A stretch of DNA of 63,904 nucleotides, the filler included, from Ministeria vibrans ATCC 50519 (taxonomy: Eukaryota > Protista > Filasterea), in assembly GCA_943704425.1 (NCBI GenBank). It is 10 parts of 10 records of this genome, joined end to end, with 100 filler letters (N's around TTAATTAATTAA, not from the genome) between each part and the next. Parts side by side here need not be neighbours in the genome. Positions count along the whole stretch, not along the records: positions 1 to 2,213 come from CALSCP010001048.1; positions 2,314 to 13,709 come from CALSCP010000949.1; 8 more parts are not named here. One strand, 5' to 3'. The notes beneath the pieces are model-generated. The model saw nothing but the letters and a program-made list of their open reading frames with translations. It did no database searches and was not told the origin of the DNA. Shown here piece by piece: positions 1-11,900 of the stretch (its first letter is position 1; each line of letters opens with the position of its first letter). The position numbers and the translations under genes are program-made.

Positions 1-573
1 GGTGTAAGTAGTGGCCATGTTGACGAGAAGAATAACAGAAGAATGAGAAGATCAGAAGAAGGCGAAAAAAGCTGAAGTCAAGTCACTCAGCTATTTTGTT
101 AATAATATTTGTTCACTTTTTTTCTTATCCCCTCTCTCTATTTACTTACCTGTCACCTGTCTCTCACGTACCTCCGGTGTCACTCAGTCACCCTCACTCA
201 CTCCATGTCTACCCCTCTCTGTTTGTCCCTCTCACTCACTCCTTGGCTGTCACTCGCTCTCTCTCTCTGTTGAATCTTACGCACTCTTAGTCTCTCTCAC
301 TCGCTCATTCTCTGTAACAATACACTAGATATAATAAAACATTTATTCCTTAGATATAATAAAACAGGAAAATAAAAGAATAAGATAGAGTATAGGGTGT
401 CTTGTTGTCCCGGGTGTCTAGCGTGTCCAGGGTGTTTCGTTCGTTGCAAGATGTTTGGTTCTACTCCTTCTCCCCTCTCTGTGTTTGCCCCTCTCACGTA
501 CTCCCTGCTTGTCACATACATGTAATTGTATCTGTTCAAGTAGAAGAAGAAGAATCTCTAGGCACCAATCACT

Positions 574-1140
574 CCATCAGTAAGACTGATTTTTGTTCGC
601 CAGACAAAGTGCTCGATTTTCCCTAGACACGCTGGACACCCCGGACAGTCGAGTGAGCCAACCATCAATAAGACTGATTTTTGTTCGCCAGACAAAGTGC
701 TCGATTTTCCCTAGACACGCTGGACACCCCGGACAGTCGAGTGAGCCAACCATCAGTAAGACTGATTTCTGCTCGCCAGACGAAGTGCTTGATTTTCCCT
801 CGGCATGCTGGACAGCCCAGACAGTCTACGGAGTAGGGAGCCAACCATCAATAAGACTGATTTCTGCTAGCCAGACGAAGTGCTCGATTTTCCCTAGATA
901 CCCTGGACAGCCCGGACAGGTTAGTGAGCCAACCATCAGTAAGACTGATTTCTGCTAGCCAGACGAAGTGCTCGATTTTCCCTAGACACGCTGGACACCC
1001 CGGACAGGTTAGTGAGCCAACCATCAGTAAGACTGATTTCTGCTAGCCAGACGAAGTGCTCGATTTTCCCGAGACACGCTGGACACCCCGGACAGTCGAG
1101 TGTCTGAGCCAACCATCAGCAAGACTGATTTCTGTTCGCC
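574..1140. repeat. 88-bp tandem repeat array (about 6.3 units) with an internal ATCAGT-AAG-ACTGAT inverted repeat
   Basis: Units start at 574, 662, 750, 845, 933, 1021 and 1113 (spacing 88, 88, 95, 88, 88, 92). Consensus: CCATCAGTAAGACTGATTTYTGYTMGCCAGACRAAGTGCTCGATTTTCCCTAGACACGCTGGACACCCCGGACAG...GTGAGCCAA. An inverted partial copy lies at about 407-433. Confidence 0.95.
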
Positions 1141-1377
1141 ATCAGCTGCGTGTTTGTCAGACGAAAGTCTTCTTGCGCCACCCCTCTCACCTGGTTCTGA
1201 TGTTCTCTCTTAGAAGGTAACTTGCTTACGCGCCCGTCACTTCTCAGCAACAGGAGCAGCGATCCATGACACTGATTGACAAGAAGGTGTAGATTCGCTC
1301 AGATTCGCTCAGATTCGCACTCCCAAACCACCTCCACCAAAAATCCGTATTGAGATTCGGGACTAGCGCCGTGGACA

Positions 1378-2213
1378 GTGGAATCTCGTACAAGATTCTC
1401 ATGCTTTTGCCGCACTCATGAGGGGGTAGAGTATACAAGCGATGATGGTATCACTTCACACAATGCTACTTTCCCAGCAGCCGCCACAGCCGATGATGGT
1501 ACCACTTCACACAATGCCACTTTCCCAGCAGCCGCCACAGCCGATGATGGTACCACTTCACACAATGCTGCTTTCCCAGCAGCCGCCACAGGCGATGATG
1601 GTACCACTTCACACAATGCTACGCTCCCAGCAGCCACCACAGCCGATGATGGCACCACTTCACACAACGTTTCCCTGTCTGCGATGGTGCACACCGCTGT
1701 CACTGCCGTCTCGCAGTGGTCCGCCGCTATTGACAAGCGCAACAATGACATTACGACTGCCTGCGACAAGGTGGGCCGCCTCATCATCGACTTTGGCAGT
1801 CTAGTAGCACAGCGCAAGAGTACCGCCGCCAACGAGCTGCTTGTTCAACATCATTGTGCCGCCTCTCTCGAGCTGCACTCCGCCATTGACGCCATGCGAG
1901 ACGCCACATGGCGCTCTCAGATGCAGAGTGAGTTTCCTTCTGCCGCCGTTCAGGACGCGGTGCACACTGTTCGAGGTGTTGCTGTCACACTTTGCGCGCG
2001 CATTGCCGAGATCTTGGACGCTCAGGAACGCTACGAGCTGCTTCTCAAGGAGGTGAAGGGGGCACAGGCACAAGGGCCACCCCAGACAACGGAAATTGAC
2101 GCTATGAATGCGACAGTCAAGAAGCTGCGTCGTCGTATGGGGCACGCGAAGGTCGACCTCGAGAGCGAAGACGATCCGGCCGAGCAGGAGATCCTGATCC
2201 AAGAGCTCGCCGA
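1378..2213 (+). CDS. Hypothetical protein (partial): 17-aa tandem repeats followed by a helical/coiled-coil region; 5' end uncertain, 3' end truncated by linker
   Basis: Open frame with coding-like composition. DDGTTSHNATFPAAATA occurs about 4.5 times, then helical sequence runs to the gap. Confidence 0.55.
1441..1670 (+). repeat. 51-bp coding tandem repeat (DDGTTSHNATFPAAATA)
   Basis: Units start at 1441, 1492, 1543, 1594 and 1645. Confidence 0.95.
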
Positions 2214-2313
2214 NNNNNNNNNNNNNNNNNNNNNNNNNNNNNNNNNNNNNNNNNNNNTTAATTAATTAANNNNNNNNNNNNNNNNNNNNNNNNNNNNNNN
2301 NNNNNNNNNNNNN
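2214..2313. other. Artificial contig linker (N-TTAATTAATTAA-N, stops in all frames)
   Basis: Identical 100-nt linkers also occur at 13710-13809, 20548-20647, 29857-29956, 32873-32972, 35213-35312, 56298-56397, 59173-59272 and 61302-61401. Confidence 0.98.
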
Positions 2314-2612
2314 AAAAAAAAAAAAAAAAAAAAAGAACTCTCTTTGACCATCGAGAAATTGCTGATCGCTGGAGAGTCACAAAAGAGTCGCCAGAGATCA
2401 AGGGGCACACGCAAGGGCGATCAGGCGGCAGCGTGCACGTGGTTCGAGTGCGCCAAGCGTAGCGGTAAGCGCAGTGCAAAAAAAAAAAAAAAAAAAAGCG
2501 AAGTAGTAACACACACAAGTCATTCTGATGAAAAGAACAGCAGGCACGGCACAAAGGGGGCACACGGAGGATGATCGAGGGAAGCGGCCACGGGCGAGGC
2601 GGCGGTGCGTAC

Positions 2613-2765
2613 GTAGATGGCGTCCTGCTTGAAGCGGTTTCGGAAATTGTCGACGAGCGCATCTTCGGAGATCTCCTCGAGAAGGACACAGTCACCAACG
2701 GTGCCGCCGACACCACCGTGACGCACACCTTCAACGGGTGTCTTGCTAGGACGGCGCGAAGACAT
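2613..2765 (-). CDS. Class I-like myosin, first exon only (truncated by linker)
   Basis: MSSRRPSK...VGDCVLLEEISEDALVDNFRNRFKQDAIY followed by a GT donor. This matches the myosin-I head start (D-x-VLL...NL..RF....IY|TYIG). Confidence 0.8.
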
Positions 2766-2922
2766 TGAAAAAAAAAATGAATTATTGACATTTGAAACTG
2801 TCTCATCACTCATCAGTCTTTCTCCAAGTTCAAATAATCAAAATAAATGGGTTGTATTCTTCTTCTTCTTCAAATAATCAAAAATTCTGTCTTCAGATTT
2901 TTATATATATAGTTGTTCGAAC

Positions 2923-5647
2923 TATGTTTTGGGTACGACGCCCACGATACGAAGGCACAGATTTGCCTGCGTGGCAGCGCGAGTTTATGTTCCAGCTTGG
3001 CACAAGAGATACCCTTCAACATGACTGGTTTGCAAGTGTTGTTGCGGTCGGTAAGCACGCGGGAGAGAGGGAGGGAGGGGGTGTGTTGCTTGGACGTGTC
3101 CACCTGGGTCGCGCTTGTGCGTCCAGTGGGTCTTTTTTTTTTCATGCGACAGAAAACGGAAAGATGGAGAGAACTTTGGAAAAATTCCCTTCGTCCTCTT
3201 TTTCAATGGCCAAGATGCACTGTTGCGCGTCGTGTGTTTGGTGCGTGTGCGTTGGGCATCGAGACTGCGACGGACTACCCCCTCCGCAAGCGCCAATGTT
3301 GCTGTTGGGTCGAGGAGTGCAAAAAGTGTTTTGTGTCGATTTTTCTCGTTTTTCGTGCGATCGATTTCTTGTCGGTAAAGGACAACTCACACACGATTTT
3401 GTTTGCAGGGAACCAACAGGCAGATGCATTGGCAACAGTGGACCAGACAGCTGCCGCGCTGCGTAGCGAAATCCACAGCCTTAACACAAAGCACTCGGCG
3501 GCAGTGGCCGACCTTGAAGTGGCACGAAGATCAAGGTGAGACGACGCGCGAGGAAAGACCGCTGATCTATGCCTTCTTTGCCGCATCTTCTAGTGTGACA
3601 ATGAGCAATACAGCGAACCAAGAGAGGGTATCGGAGTTGGAGAAGCAGCTGTACAAAACACAGGACGACCTTGTCGCTCACTTGCGGTCCAAGGGTCAAG
3701 ATGCACAAATGCTCATGGATTTAACGTAAGGCCAAATGATGTTGTGTCGATAATATAATATTATTATTATTTTAAATTATTATTATTATTATTATTCGTG
3801 TTATTATTATTGGGGGTATATGCAGTGAAAAATATCATTATTATTGTGTATAATTATAATAATTATTATGTGTGTCACTAAAAAGTGTGTATTACAATTA
3901 CTATAGAAAGCAAACAAAAGAACAAGCGGCGACTATTGCAGGATTACAAGAGGTGCGCGATGAACTCGAAGGGAAGCTGGAGGAGACGAGGAAAGAGTTG
4001 AAGCTGGCGCAAGCATCGGCAAACGAACAGCTTTTGCGCGCCGATGTGCTTCAGGACGAGCTCACGGAGATGCAAACGGAGGTGGTGGTGACACAAGAAC
4101 GTTTCCGAAAGCTGGAAATGGAACACAATGATTTGGTGGCGCGATGGATCAAGATGAAAGAAGACGAGGCGAACCGCATCAACGAGGCCAACGACTATGT
4201 GGAAAAGGTGCAGAACATGGAGCGACATCAGGCTCTGTTGGAGGCGGCCAATGACCGTATCAGTGCCAAGGACGAGTTGGATGGGGCTACGCGCCCTACA
4301 GATGATTTGGTGGGTCGATTGCTGGGACGAAACCGAACGAGTTCAAGCTTTGGCGATGTGGTGGTGCCGGAAAGTGCAGCGCACATAATGAAGGGTCACG
4401 ACGGTGAGATTTGCACGATTGCTGCGTCGACGGAAGGTGCAATGGTGGCGACGGGCGGAAGTTCGGACAAGCGAGTGAAGGTGTGGGATGCGACGACTGG
4501 CGTCGTCAAGGCCACGCTCAACGGGTGCACGCAAAGCGTGCTTGCGACTGCCTTCTCCTATGGTGACACCAACGTTCTCGGTGGCGGCCACGACTGCAAA
4601 ATCAATGTGTGGACCACTGCGACTGGGCGACTCAAGGTACATATTTTATTACTTTTCTTTACAATGATAAAATAATATTGTTAGTTATTCGTACGATGTT
4701 ATCCTTATTCTTCTGTATGTAGTACACGTTGACTGGCCATACTGGAAAAGTGGCAACAGCGGCATTTTCAATGGACGATCCAGAGATTATTGTACGCCTA
4801 TCCCCAAAAAAAAACATTTAGCAAAACTCTTAATGAACGGATCAACTTTTTTGCTGTGCTGCATTGTTTAGGCGTCGGGCAGTCACGACCGGACTATCAA
4901 GGTGTGGGACAAGGGCTACTGTACGCGCAGCATGCTGACTAAGTCAAGCTGCAACTGTCTCGTCATTGTCGATGGTGCCTGGTACATTTAATTTATGTTA
5001 ATATGACTGTGTGTGTGTGTGTCGTGTGTTGAAACGGTACTCAACGCCCAACTCTCGCTGTAGCACTACCATTGCAAGTGGGCATGTTGATGGAAATTTG
5101 CGCATCTGGGACACACGCACCAGTGATTGCACCTTTGAGATTGGTGGCGTGCACACGGGGCAAATCACTTCACTGAATTTGAGCTCGGGTATTTTTTTTG
5201 TGCGTTTTCTTTCTACTCGTCTTTACAACCCCGTCTTCCTTCATTTTAGATTGGTCCACGCTGTTAACATTCTCGCGCGACCACTCGATGAAGATGATGG
5301 ACATGCGCATGATGACAGGCGCTGGTACTCCCCAGTATGTGCAGGTGTTTGAGGATGCGTCACTGCGCAACGGAGCAAACTACTGCCAGGCTCGAATGAG
5401 GTCAGCATATGAGTGAAATAGTGTGTCGTCTGACATTCTTCCGTTTCACCCACATCACAGCCCTGACCGTCGCTATGTGTGTGCGGGCAGTTCGGACGGA
5501 ACTGTCTTCATCTTTGAGACGGCCACTGGCAAAGTCAAGAAGCGCCTGAGCCGCCACCAGTCGCTTGTGACGGGCTGTGTCTGGACCGCCAACGGCCGCT
5601 GTGTTGTCAGTGCCGACAAGACTGGCCAAGTCATTGTGTGGAACTGA
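2923..5647 (+). CDS. ATG16L: Autophagy protein ATG16-like (ATG5-binding helix, coiled coil, C-terminal WD40); multi-exon
   Basis: N-terminal WQREFMFQLGTRDTLQHDWF resembles the ATG5-binding helix. LEMEHNDLVARWIKMKEDEANRINEAN is the ATG16 coiled-coil end motif. WD40 repeats end at QVIVWN*. All introns are GT-AG. Confidence 0.9.
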
Positions 5648-5816
5648 TTGTTTTATTACACATCATTATTTTAGAATTATTGTTGAAAAGTATGGCTCAA
5701 CGAGTGTGTGAGAGAGAACGATTGCGCCGAGTCAACATAGTAAAAAAAAAACTATAATCGAACTATTACTACTTTCGTATAAAATTATTACAAATGCACT
5801 CTACGATGCACTACAT

Positions 5817-7437
5817 TTAACAAAGGGAGAGAGTCTGAGTCCACACATAAGGACCAATGACGAGCAGAAGAAGCACCTGAGCAAGTACAATGCTCAATAG
5901 TGCATATCGATAGGCTGTGCCGCGCGCCAGTTTGTCAGTCAGCTCACACACAAAGGTCGACACAGTGGAGAGACTCGCTATAGATGCCAAGGAGGTAGAT
6001 ACACCGAATGAGACGCTGTCAATCGAGTGTACATGTGTATGTCGTGAGTTCGTACCACAGAAGCCTGTTCCAAAACCATTGGCAAGGCCATTATACCTAC
6101 AAACAAAAAGACACATACTTTACTCCACTCCTCGATTTGCACACACTTGAATCTGCGTACAGCGACTGGTTGATGTCGGTGCCAAAACAAGCACTGTTGT
6201 CGCGCAGAACAGCCGTGAGTGCAAGAAGCACAGACGCCAGCAGATTGGCGGCCAGAGTGCCGCGGGGAAGGGACCCGCCGGGCTGGTTCCATTGGAGTGC
6301 AATGACATAGCGTAGGAGAGAGCCAAAAGGAGCGAAGAGAGCCGTAAACACAATGGTGAAGGAGTCGTGTGAAAGGGGTGCACACACAGCCAATGGCCAC
6401 ACAAGCACGGTGGACCCCAGTAAAGACCATTCAAGTGCGTTCGCAGGACATAAACCTACAAAGAAGACGATATGTTCAGAGCAGCACACGCACACACACG
6501 CACACACATAGAAAAAGAAAAAAAAAGTGCACAAGGTGTTTTTCGAACCGTCTGTGTCTTTGCGAGCAGACTTGTCTGTGGGAGCAGAGCAGTCTGGTGC
6601 ATGTGCTGGTGTTTCAGCATTGCTTGTGGTCGGTTCTGATTCTTTTGTCTGCTCCTCTGAGTTGGCAGTTTCAGGCGCAGCAGCAGCAGCAGCGGTTTCA
6701 GGTGCAGTAGCAGCAGCAGTTTCAGGCTCAGCAGCAGTTTCAGGCGCAGCAGCAGTTTCAGGCGCAGCAGCAGTTTCAGGTGTAGCAGCAGCAGTAGCTT
6801 CAGGTGCAGCAGCAGAAGCAACAGCTTGAACCGCCTTGGCTGCTTTTCTGCAGCAGCAAAGAACGTTAGGGCACAGGTTTGGACGGGCCGTATCAACGCG
6901 TACCTTCTTGCATTGCTCCACTTTGACAGACTAGCACAGTGCTGCCCAAAGATGTAGGCGGCGACTGAAGTGGACAGGCCCACGAGCTGGATGGTGAGCC
7001 AGCTCACAGCGCGCAGGGCGTCGTCGGGATGCGACGCACGGCTCGACACGAACCAGCCGAGCGCAACCTGGCTCGCCTCGACCTGCCAGCTGCTGAACGT
7101 CGTCAGCGCACCACACAGGCCAGTGGTGAGGCCCACGGACAGGGAGTGCGACCTACAGACGCCGCTTGAGCGACCAAACTGCGCTCCATTCAAGTTACCT
7201 TCCCAACATGTCCGAATGCGCACCAAACCATCCAATGAGTGCCGAACCCGCTATGTTTGGGTAGAATTCATAGTATCCTGGGGAACCTATCCGCGAGGGG
7301 TGAGCGAAAGTCGAATAGCAAAGAAGTTTGTTACTGGGATATTCAGAGATGAAATTGAGAGCGTAGCGCAAGAGAGCACCAGCCACACTGAACGTGATGA
7401 TGCTCGCAATTGTCACTAATTGGCTATGTATCGGCAT
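5817..7437 (-). CDS. FEX1: Fluoride export channel, FEX type (two fused CrcB/Fluc domains)
   Basis: Domain 1: GALLRY, NIAGSALIG, GLTTGLCGALTTFSSW. Domain 2: GSLLRY, GTLAANL, GFGTGFC(A)SLSTVSTF. An Ala-rich PETAAA-repeat linker lies between them. Confidence 0.9.
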
Positions 7438-7511
7438 GGGATCAGTCCATTCTATGAAGTGAGCGAAAATTGTGTGTGTAAGAAAATAAATAGAGAATCG
7501 ATACTCAATAT

Positions 7512-7550
7512 CAAAACAAAGAGCAGCACAATACTTCCGCCGTGGACTTC
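7512..7550 (-). promoter_or_regulatory. 39-nt dispersed element upstream of FEX (copy 1)
   Basis: 36/39 identical to 35073-35111. The function is inferred from position only. Confidence 0.45.
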
Positions 7551-7663
7551 TCAGTTGTGTTACTAATTAGTCATGTTTGTTTACAGTTGGTGATGTATTT
7601 AATGTAAGGTATCGAATGGGGTGCTCCAAACAGGCTACAAATGATGTACAATTCATGATATAA

Positions 7664-8798
7664 CTATGATTTCTCGGGGGAGGGCGAGAGAAAGGGGGCG
7701 TCCTGTTGGGAGAACTGGACCGGCACAATGTGCTCAGAGGTGGTGGAGCGCACGGCGACACACGAATCGCCAACTGAGGGCCGGGGCGTACGGAGAAATA
7801 GAAAGAAAAAGAAAGGCAGAAAGAGAAAGAGAGAAGAGAGGGAAAGAGGTGAGTGAGAAATAGAGTGAGAAAGGTCAAGGTAAAGTATTGTGTTAGATTG
7901 GAAAGAAGTCCATGATAAAGCGTACTCTCTTTGAGGTCTGCAACTACCACTTCTTCGTGTGAAGGGTACTGTGGAAGAAACTGGTAGTCGCACATGGCAC
8001 GGAACCGGAAGACAGAGTCGACAACGCGCACAGGCTCGGCCTTGCGTTCTGTTGCGCTGTCACCTCTGCACAATAAAATAATACACTCAGTTAGAACACG
8101 CAGTGGGGTCAAAAAGCGTAAGGCTGTCACAACGTACGGAGCGTACCGGGGAATGCGAACGACCAAGGCTCGTCGATGTTTCGTCTCGCCAACGACGGAC
8201 GTTGCAGCGGCGTCGTTTGGTCTGTGAGGTAGAAGTAAGACAGGAATAATAAGAAATCATGACTGCAGTGGTACCTGAGTCGGAGGTCAATGAACTTTCC
8301 CTTGCGTGTCATAACCTGCAGTACAAGGCAGAGCGATTAGGTGATTAGCAGATTGAGAGCACATGAGACGAAGACTGATGAGTGTTACGTCGCCCAGGTC
8401 GTTCAGGTCGCCCAGCATGTCAAGCATGGTCGCAAGAGATTCGTGGGAGCGTGCAAAGCACGGGTGCTCGACTGATACAGTTGCAGGCTCCTTGTGCACG
8501 AGTGGAATCAATGCGGTGAGCTGTGTGAGAGTGCGTTTTTCGTTCCTACTCGTTTCGGTCGAAACTTCTCGGCCGACGGAGCCTCGTAATACTTTGTTGG
8601 CGCAGGGCGCCTTGTCGACTTGGGTCGCTTGCGTTTGCCTGTGCCCTCGTCCTCCTCGGACTCCTCCGACGACGCCGGACGACTTGCATTGGGCGTGGGC
8701 GTGGCGTCTTCCTCCGCTGCCGCACACGACGACTCCTGGGCGGTCGTCGCCGTCGCCACCACGGGCAACGCTTCTCCTTCTCTGGATTCCTCCTCCAT
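7664..8798 (-). CDS. TFIIIC tau95/GTF3C5-like protein, N-terminal dimerisation domain only
   Basis: The spliced product has SVEHPCFARS...MLDMLG, IDLRLRP, LVVRIPR, VRVVDSVFRFRAMCDYQFLP and VPVQFSQQDAP. These parallel GTF3C5 VEYPG...MLxTLGG, LELYFRP, FQGMSDFQY and PPIFSRLDAP. A stop follows shortly after. Confidence 0.7.
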
Positions 8799-8930
8799 CA
8801 ACAAAGAACAACTGTGGTTTGCGAGTGGAAGATGAAGATGAAGAAAGAGATCAGTGAGAGATCACTAGCATCTGATTCGAGTCTATACTGACTCTCTAGA
8901 GCCACATTTTCAATTTTACTATCTGTCACC

Positions 8931-11900
8931 ATGGCCACACTTGCATGGGACGCTTGTGATGAGGTAGCGAGTGGGTTCTAATCAGACGTGTCTTGCTAAA
9001 TTGCGACTGACTGTGACAGGAAGTGGACGAAGCGAAAGCAAACGCGACCAACTACGAACTGAAGCTCGCCGACGACGATGCGCCGCACCCGTCACGGTAC
9101 TTATTGAAGGTCGGGGTTACTTCGGTGGGGCGCCTTGAGGACAATGATCTCGTGATTGATTCTGCGGTGAGAGGAATCAAATTTACTTTTGTGTTTTGTG
9201 TTTTTGACGATCTCATGTTCACCGCTGCATACAGTCAGTCAGCGGCCACCACGCGCTGATTCGCGTCGACCACGACTTTGTATTTGTGCAAGACAAGGGG
9301 TCGCGCAACGGTACGCGCTTGCAGGATGTGTCTGTGCTCAAGGACGTTGCCATGCAAGTTTGCGTTGGGAATCGCGTCGCGTTTGGAGGTGTTGTGTACA
9401 CGCTTGAGCGAGGGGAGCAGCCGAGCGCACTGGAAGATGGGGTGGACGCCGAAGTGGAAGATGAGGAAGGAGGAGACGGCGACGGGGCGACGCCTCTAGT
9501 GCCGAGAGCGCACGTCCGATTCGACGCGCCATCACCCGCCGCCAAGGAACGCACAAGTGACGATCTGGACGCCACGCAGGCGTACTCGCCCGAATCCGAC
9601 GATGGTTCGCAGAGTCTCACGCCGTCGCGAGGAGAGTCCTCGGTGCCAGTTGGAAAGGAGGATCTCGAGGCGACACAGTTTTACGTCGCGGCGCCCGAGG
9701 ATGGCGTTGAAGATGGAATCGAGAGCACTCGCAATGGGGCAATCGTTGATGCTCGATCACATGTCGATGAAGAAGGCGCTGGTGACATGGATGATGGTGG
9801 TGTTGATTTGGACGCGACTCAAGCTTATTTTGATGGTGATGATGATGTGGGCGACGACAAAAAGATGGCCGAGGGCGACGCGGATGGGGACGCGAACGGC
9901 GCCGATGGCGCAAGTCAGCAGGGCGAAGGAGATGTGACATTACCTCTTGATCACAGTGATGAAGAGGAGGAAGAACAGACGAGAGGTAACGCGGAGCTTG
10001 ATGGTAATGCTGACTGGCGCGGCGGCGATTCACCCGTGTTGGGTGACGGTGAGGATGAAGAGGAGTCAATGTCGTTGGGTGCAGCGGAAGACGAAGTTGG
10101 GGTCGAGAGGATTGCTGCGAGGGCGAGCGGGGTTGCTGAAGACGGTGAAGAGAAAACGGATGTTGAAGAGGAGGCGGAGGAAGGAAAGGCTGATGATGCG
10201 GACGACGATGGAGAGAAGACGGATGTTGAAGCGGAGGAGGCGGAGGAAGCAAAGGGTACTGATGTGGACGACGATGGAGAGAAGACGGATGTTGAAGCGG
10301 AGGAGGCGGAGGAAGCAAAGGGTACTGATGTGGACGACGATGGAGAGAAGACGGATGTGGGAGAGGAGGAGGCGGAGGAAGCAAAGGGTACTGATGTGGA
10401 CGACGATGGAGAGAAGACGGATGTGGGAGAGGAGGAGGCGGAGGAAGCAAAGGGTAATGATGTGGACGACGATGGAGAGAAGACGGATGTGGGAGAGGAG
10501 GAGGCGGAGGAAGCGAAGGGTAATGATGTGGACGACGATGGAGAGAAGAAGGATGTTGAAGTGGAGGCAGAGGAAAGAAAGAGTACAGATGTGGGGGGTG
10601 ACGACGGTGGGGAGAAGACCGATGTCGAAGAGGAAGTGATTGGGGAAAATGACCTTGAGAACGACGGTGAGAAGACCGATGTCGAAGATGAAGGGAAGAA
10701 CGCGGATGGCGCGATCGAGGGCGTTGGAGAGAGGGCGGATGGTGGGGACGGTGATAATAGAAAGACTGCTGAGAATGAAGAGAAGCCTAGCACGGAAGGT
10801 GGCGAGGGCAAGAAGGGCAAGACTCAGATTGTGAGTGCGCTCGCTGATGTAGACAACAGTGAGCAAAAGCCAGAGCAAACGGACGGGCGCGTTCTTTCGT
10901 CTCTGGTTGAAGAAGAGGATGAGAAAACTGAGGCAGAAGAGGAGGAGGAGGAGGGGCCGATTGACAAAAGGAGGACGAGCGTTGGGGGTCACGAAAGCGA
11001 GACGAATGGCGACGACGCTGCCGGGAACACTGCGGTGGGGAGCAAGAAGGAAGCGAGCTGTAGTCGGTCTTCGGCTGTGATTGACACGCTTGTCTTTGAT
11101 GATGAGTTTGGCGGCGGGGGAGCACCAAGTGCAGCCAAGGTGCAGGCTAAAGATGTGGGCAGGCGAGGACGACGACGGGGGGCGGCAGAGGAATTAGTCG
11201 CCACGGAGGATCCGGAAGCCGCACCGCTTGATGCGGTCGTTGTGAGGGCGACAAGAAGCGGGTCAAAAACGTCAGCGAGTGTGCTTTCGCGACGAGATGG
11301 GCGACTCAAGAGGAACACTGAGGCGGGAACGGTACCTGACAAAGATGAGGATTCTGTCGCAGAGAGTGCGGCTGTGGGAAGACGTAGTCGTCGCAAGGAG
11401 CCTGTTGAAGAGATTCCACCGGCGAAGAGTGCGCGTGGAGAAAGACGCAAGAAGGTGGCATTGTCGGTGGGCAACAAAGAAGACGAAAACGAAGGCGTGG
11501 CACCGCCGGTGATGCCACGACGTGGCGGACGAAGTCGGCGAGAGGAACCTGCTACAAAGCCGGCTGGTCGAATTATTAGGCGCGGCGCGAAGCAGCCGAA
11601 AGAGAAGGAGGAAAAGGAAGAGGAGGGGCCCTCGACCATGGCAGATGAGGTGTTGTCGAAGAAAAGGGTGTCAGGGAGGAAGCGCAAGGCGGAAGAAGAT
11701 TACGAAAAAGTCGAAGAGGAGACGGAGAGTGTCAAGGGTGGTGTGAAACGCACAATGCGAAGGAAGAAAACGGAGGACAGCAGCAAGGCGGATGAGCAGG
11801 ACGGTAATGAAGATGCTGTTGAAGATGTGCCTTTGGCAGGCGGTGTACGTGGTGGTCGAAAAAGAGGTTTTGTTGCCCCGACGACGACGGACACAACGAC

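Noticed and set aside
1-18. Start of a minus-strand gene (MATTYT) leaving the window
   Set aside because: Too short to support a call.
574-1140. CRISPR array
   Set aside because: Whole units are repeated with no unique spacers, there are no cas genes, and the context is eukaryotic.
2214-2313. TTAATTAATTAA as a biological motif (e.g. a piggyBac TTAA target)
   Set aside because: It is identical and centred in every N-run, so it is an assembly linker.
7438-7560. Fluoride riboswitch upstream of FEX
   Set aside because: No match to the crcB-motif consensus as I know it (GGCGATG...CTGATGAC).
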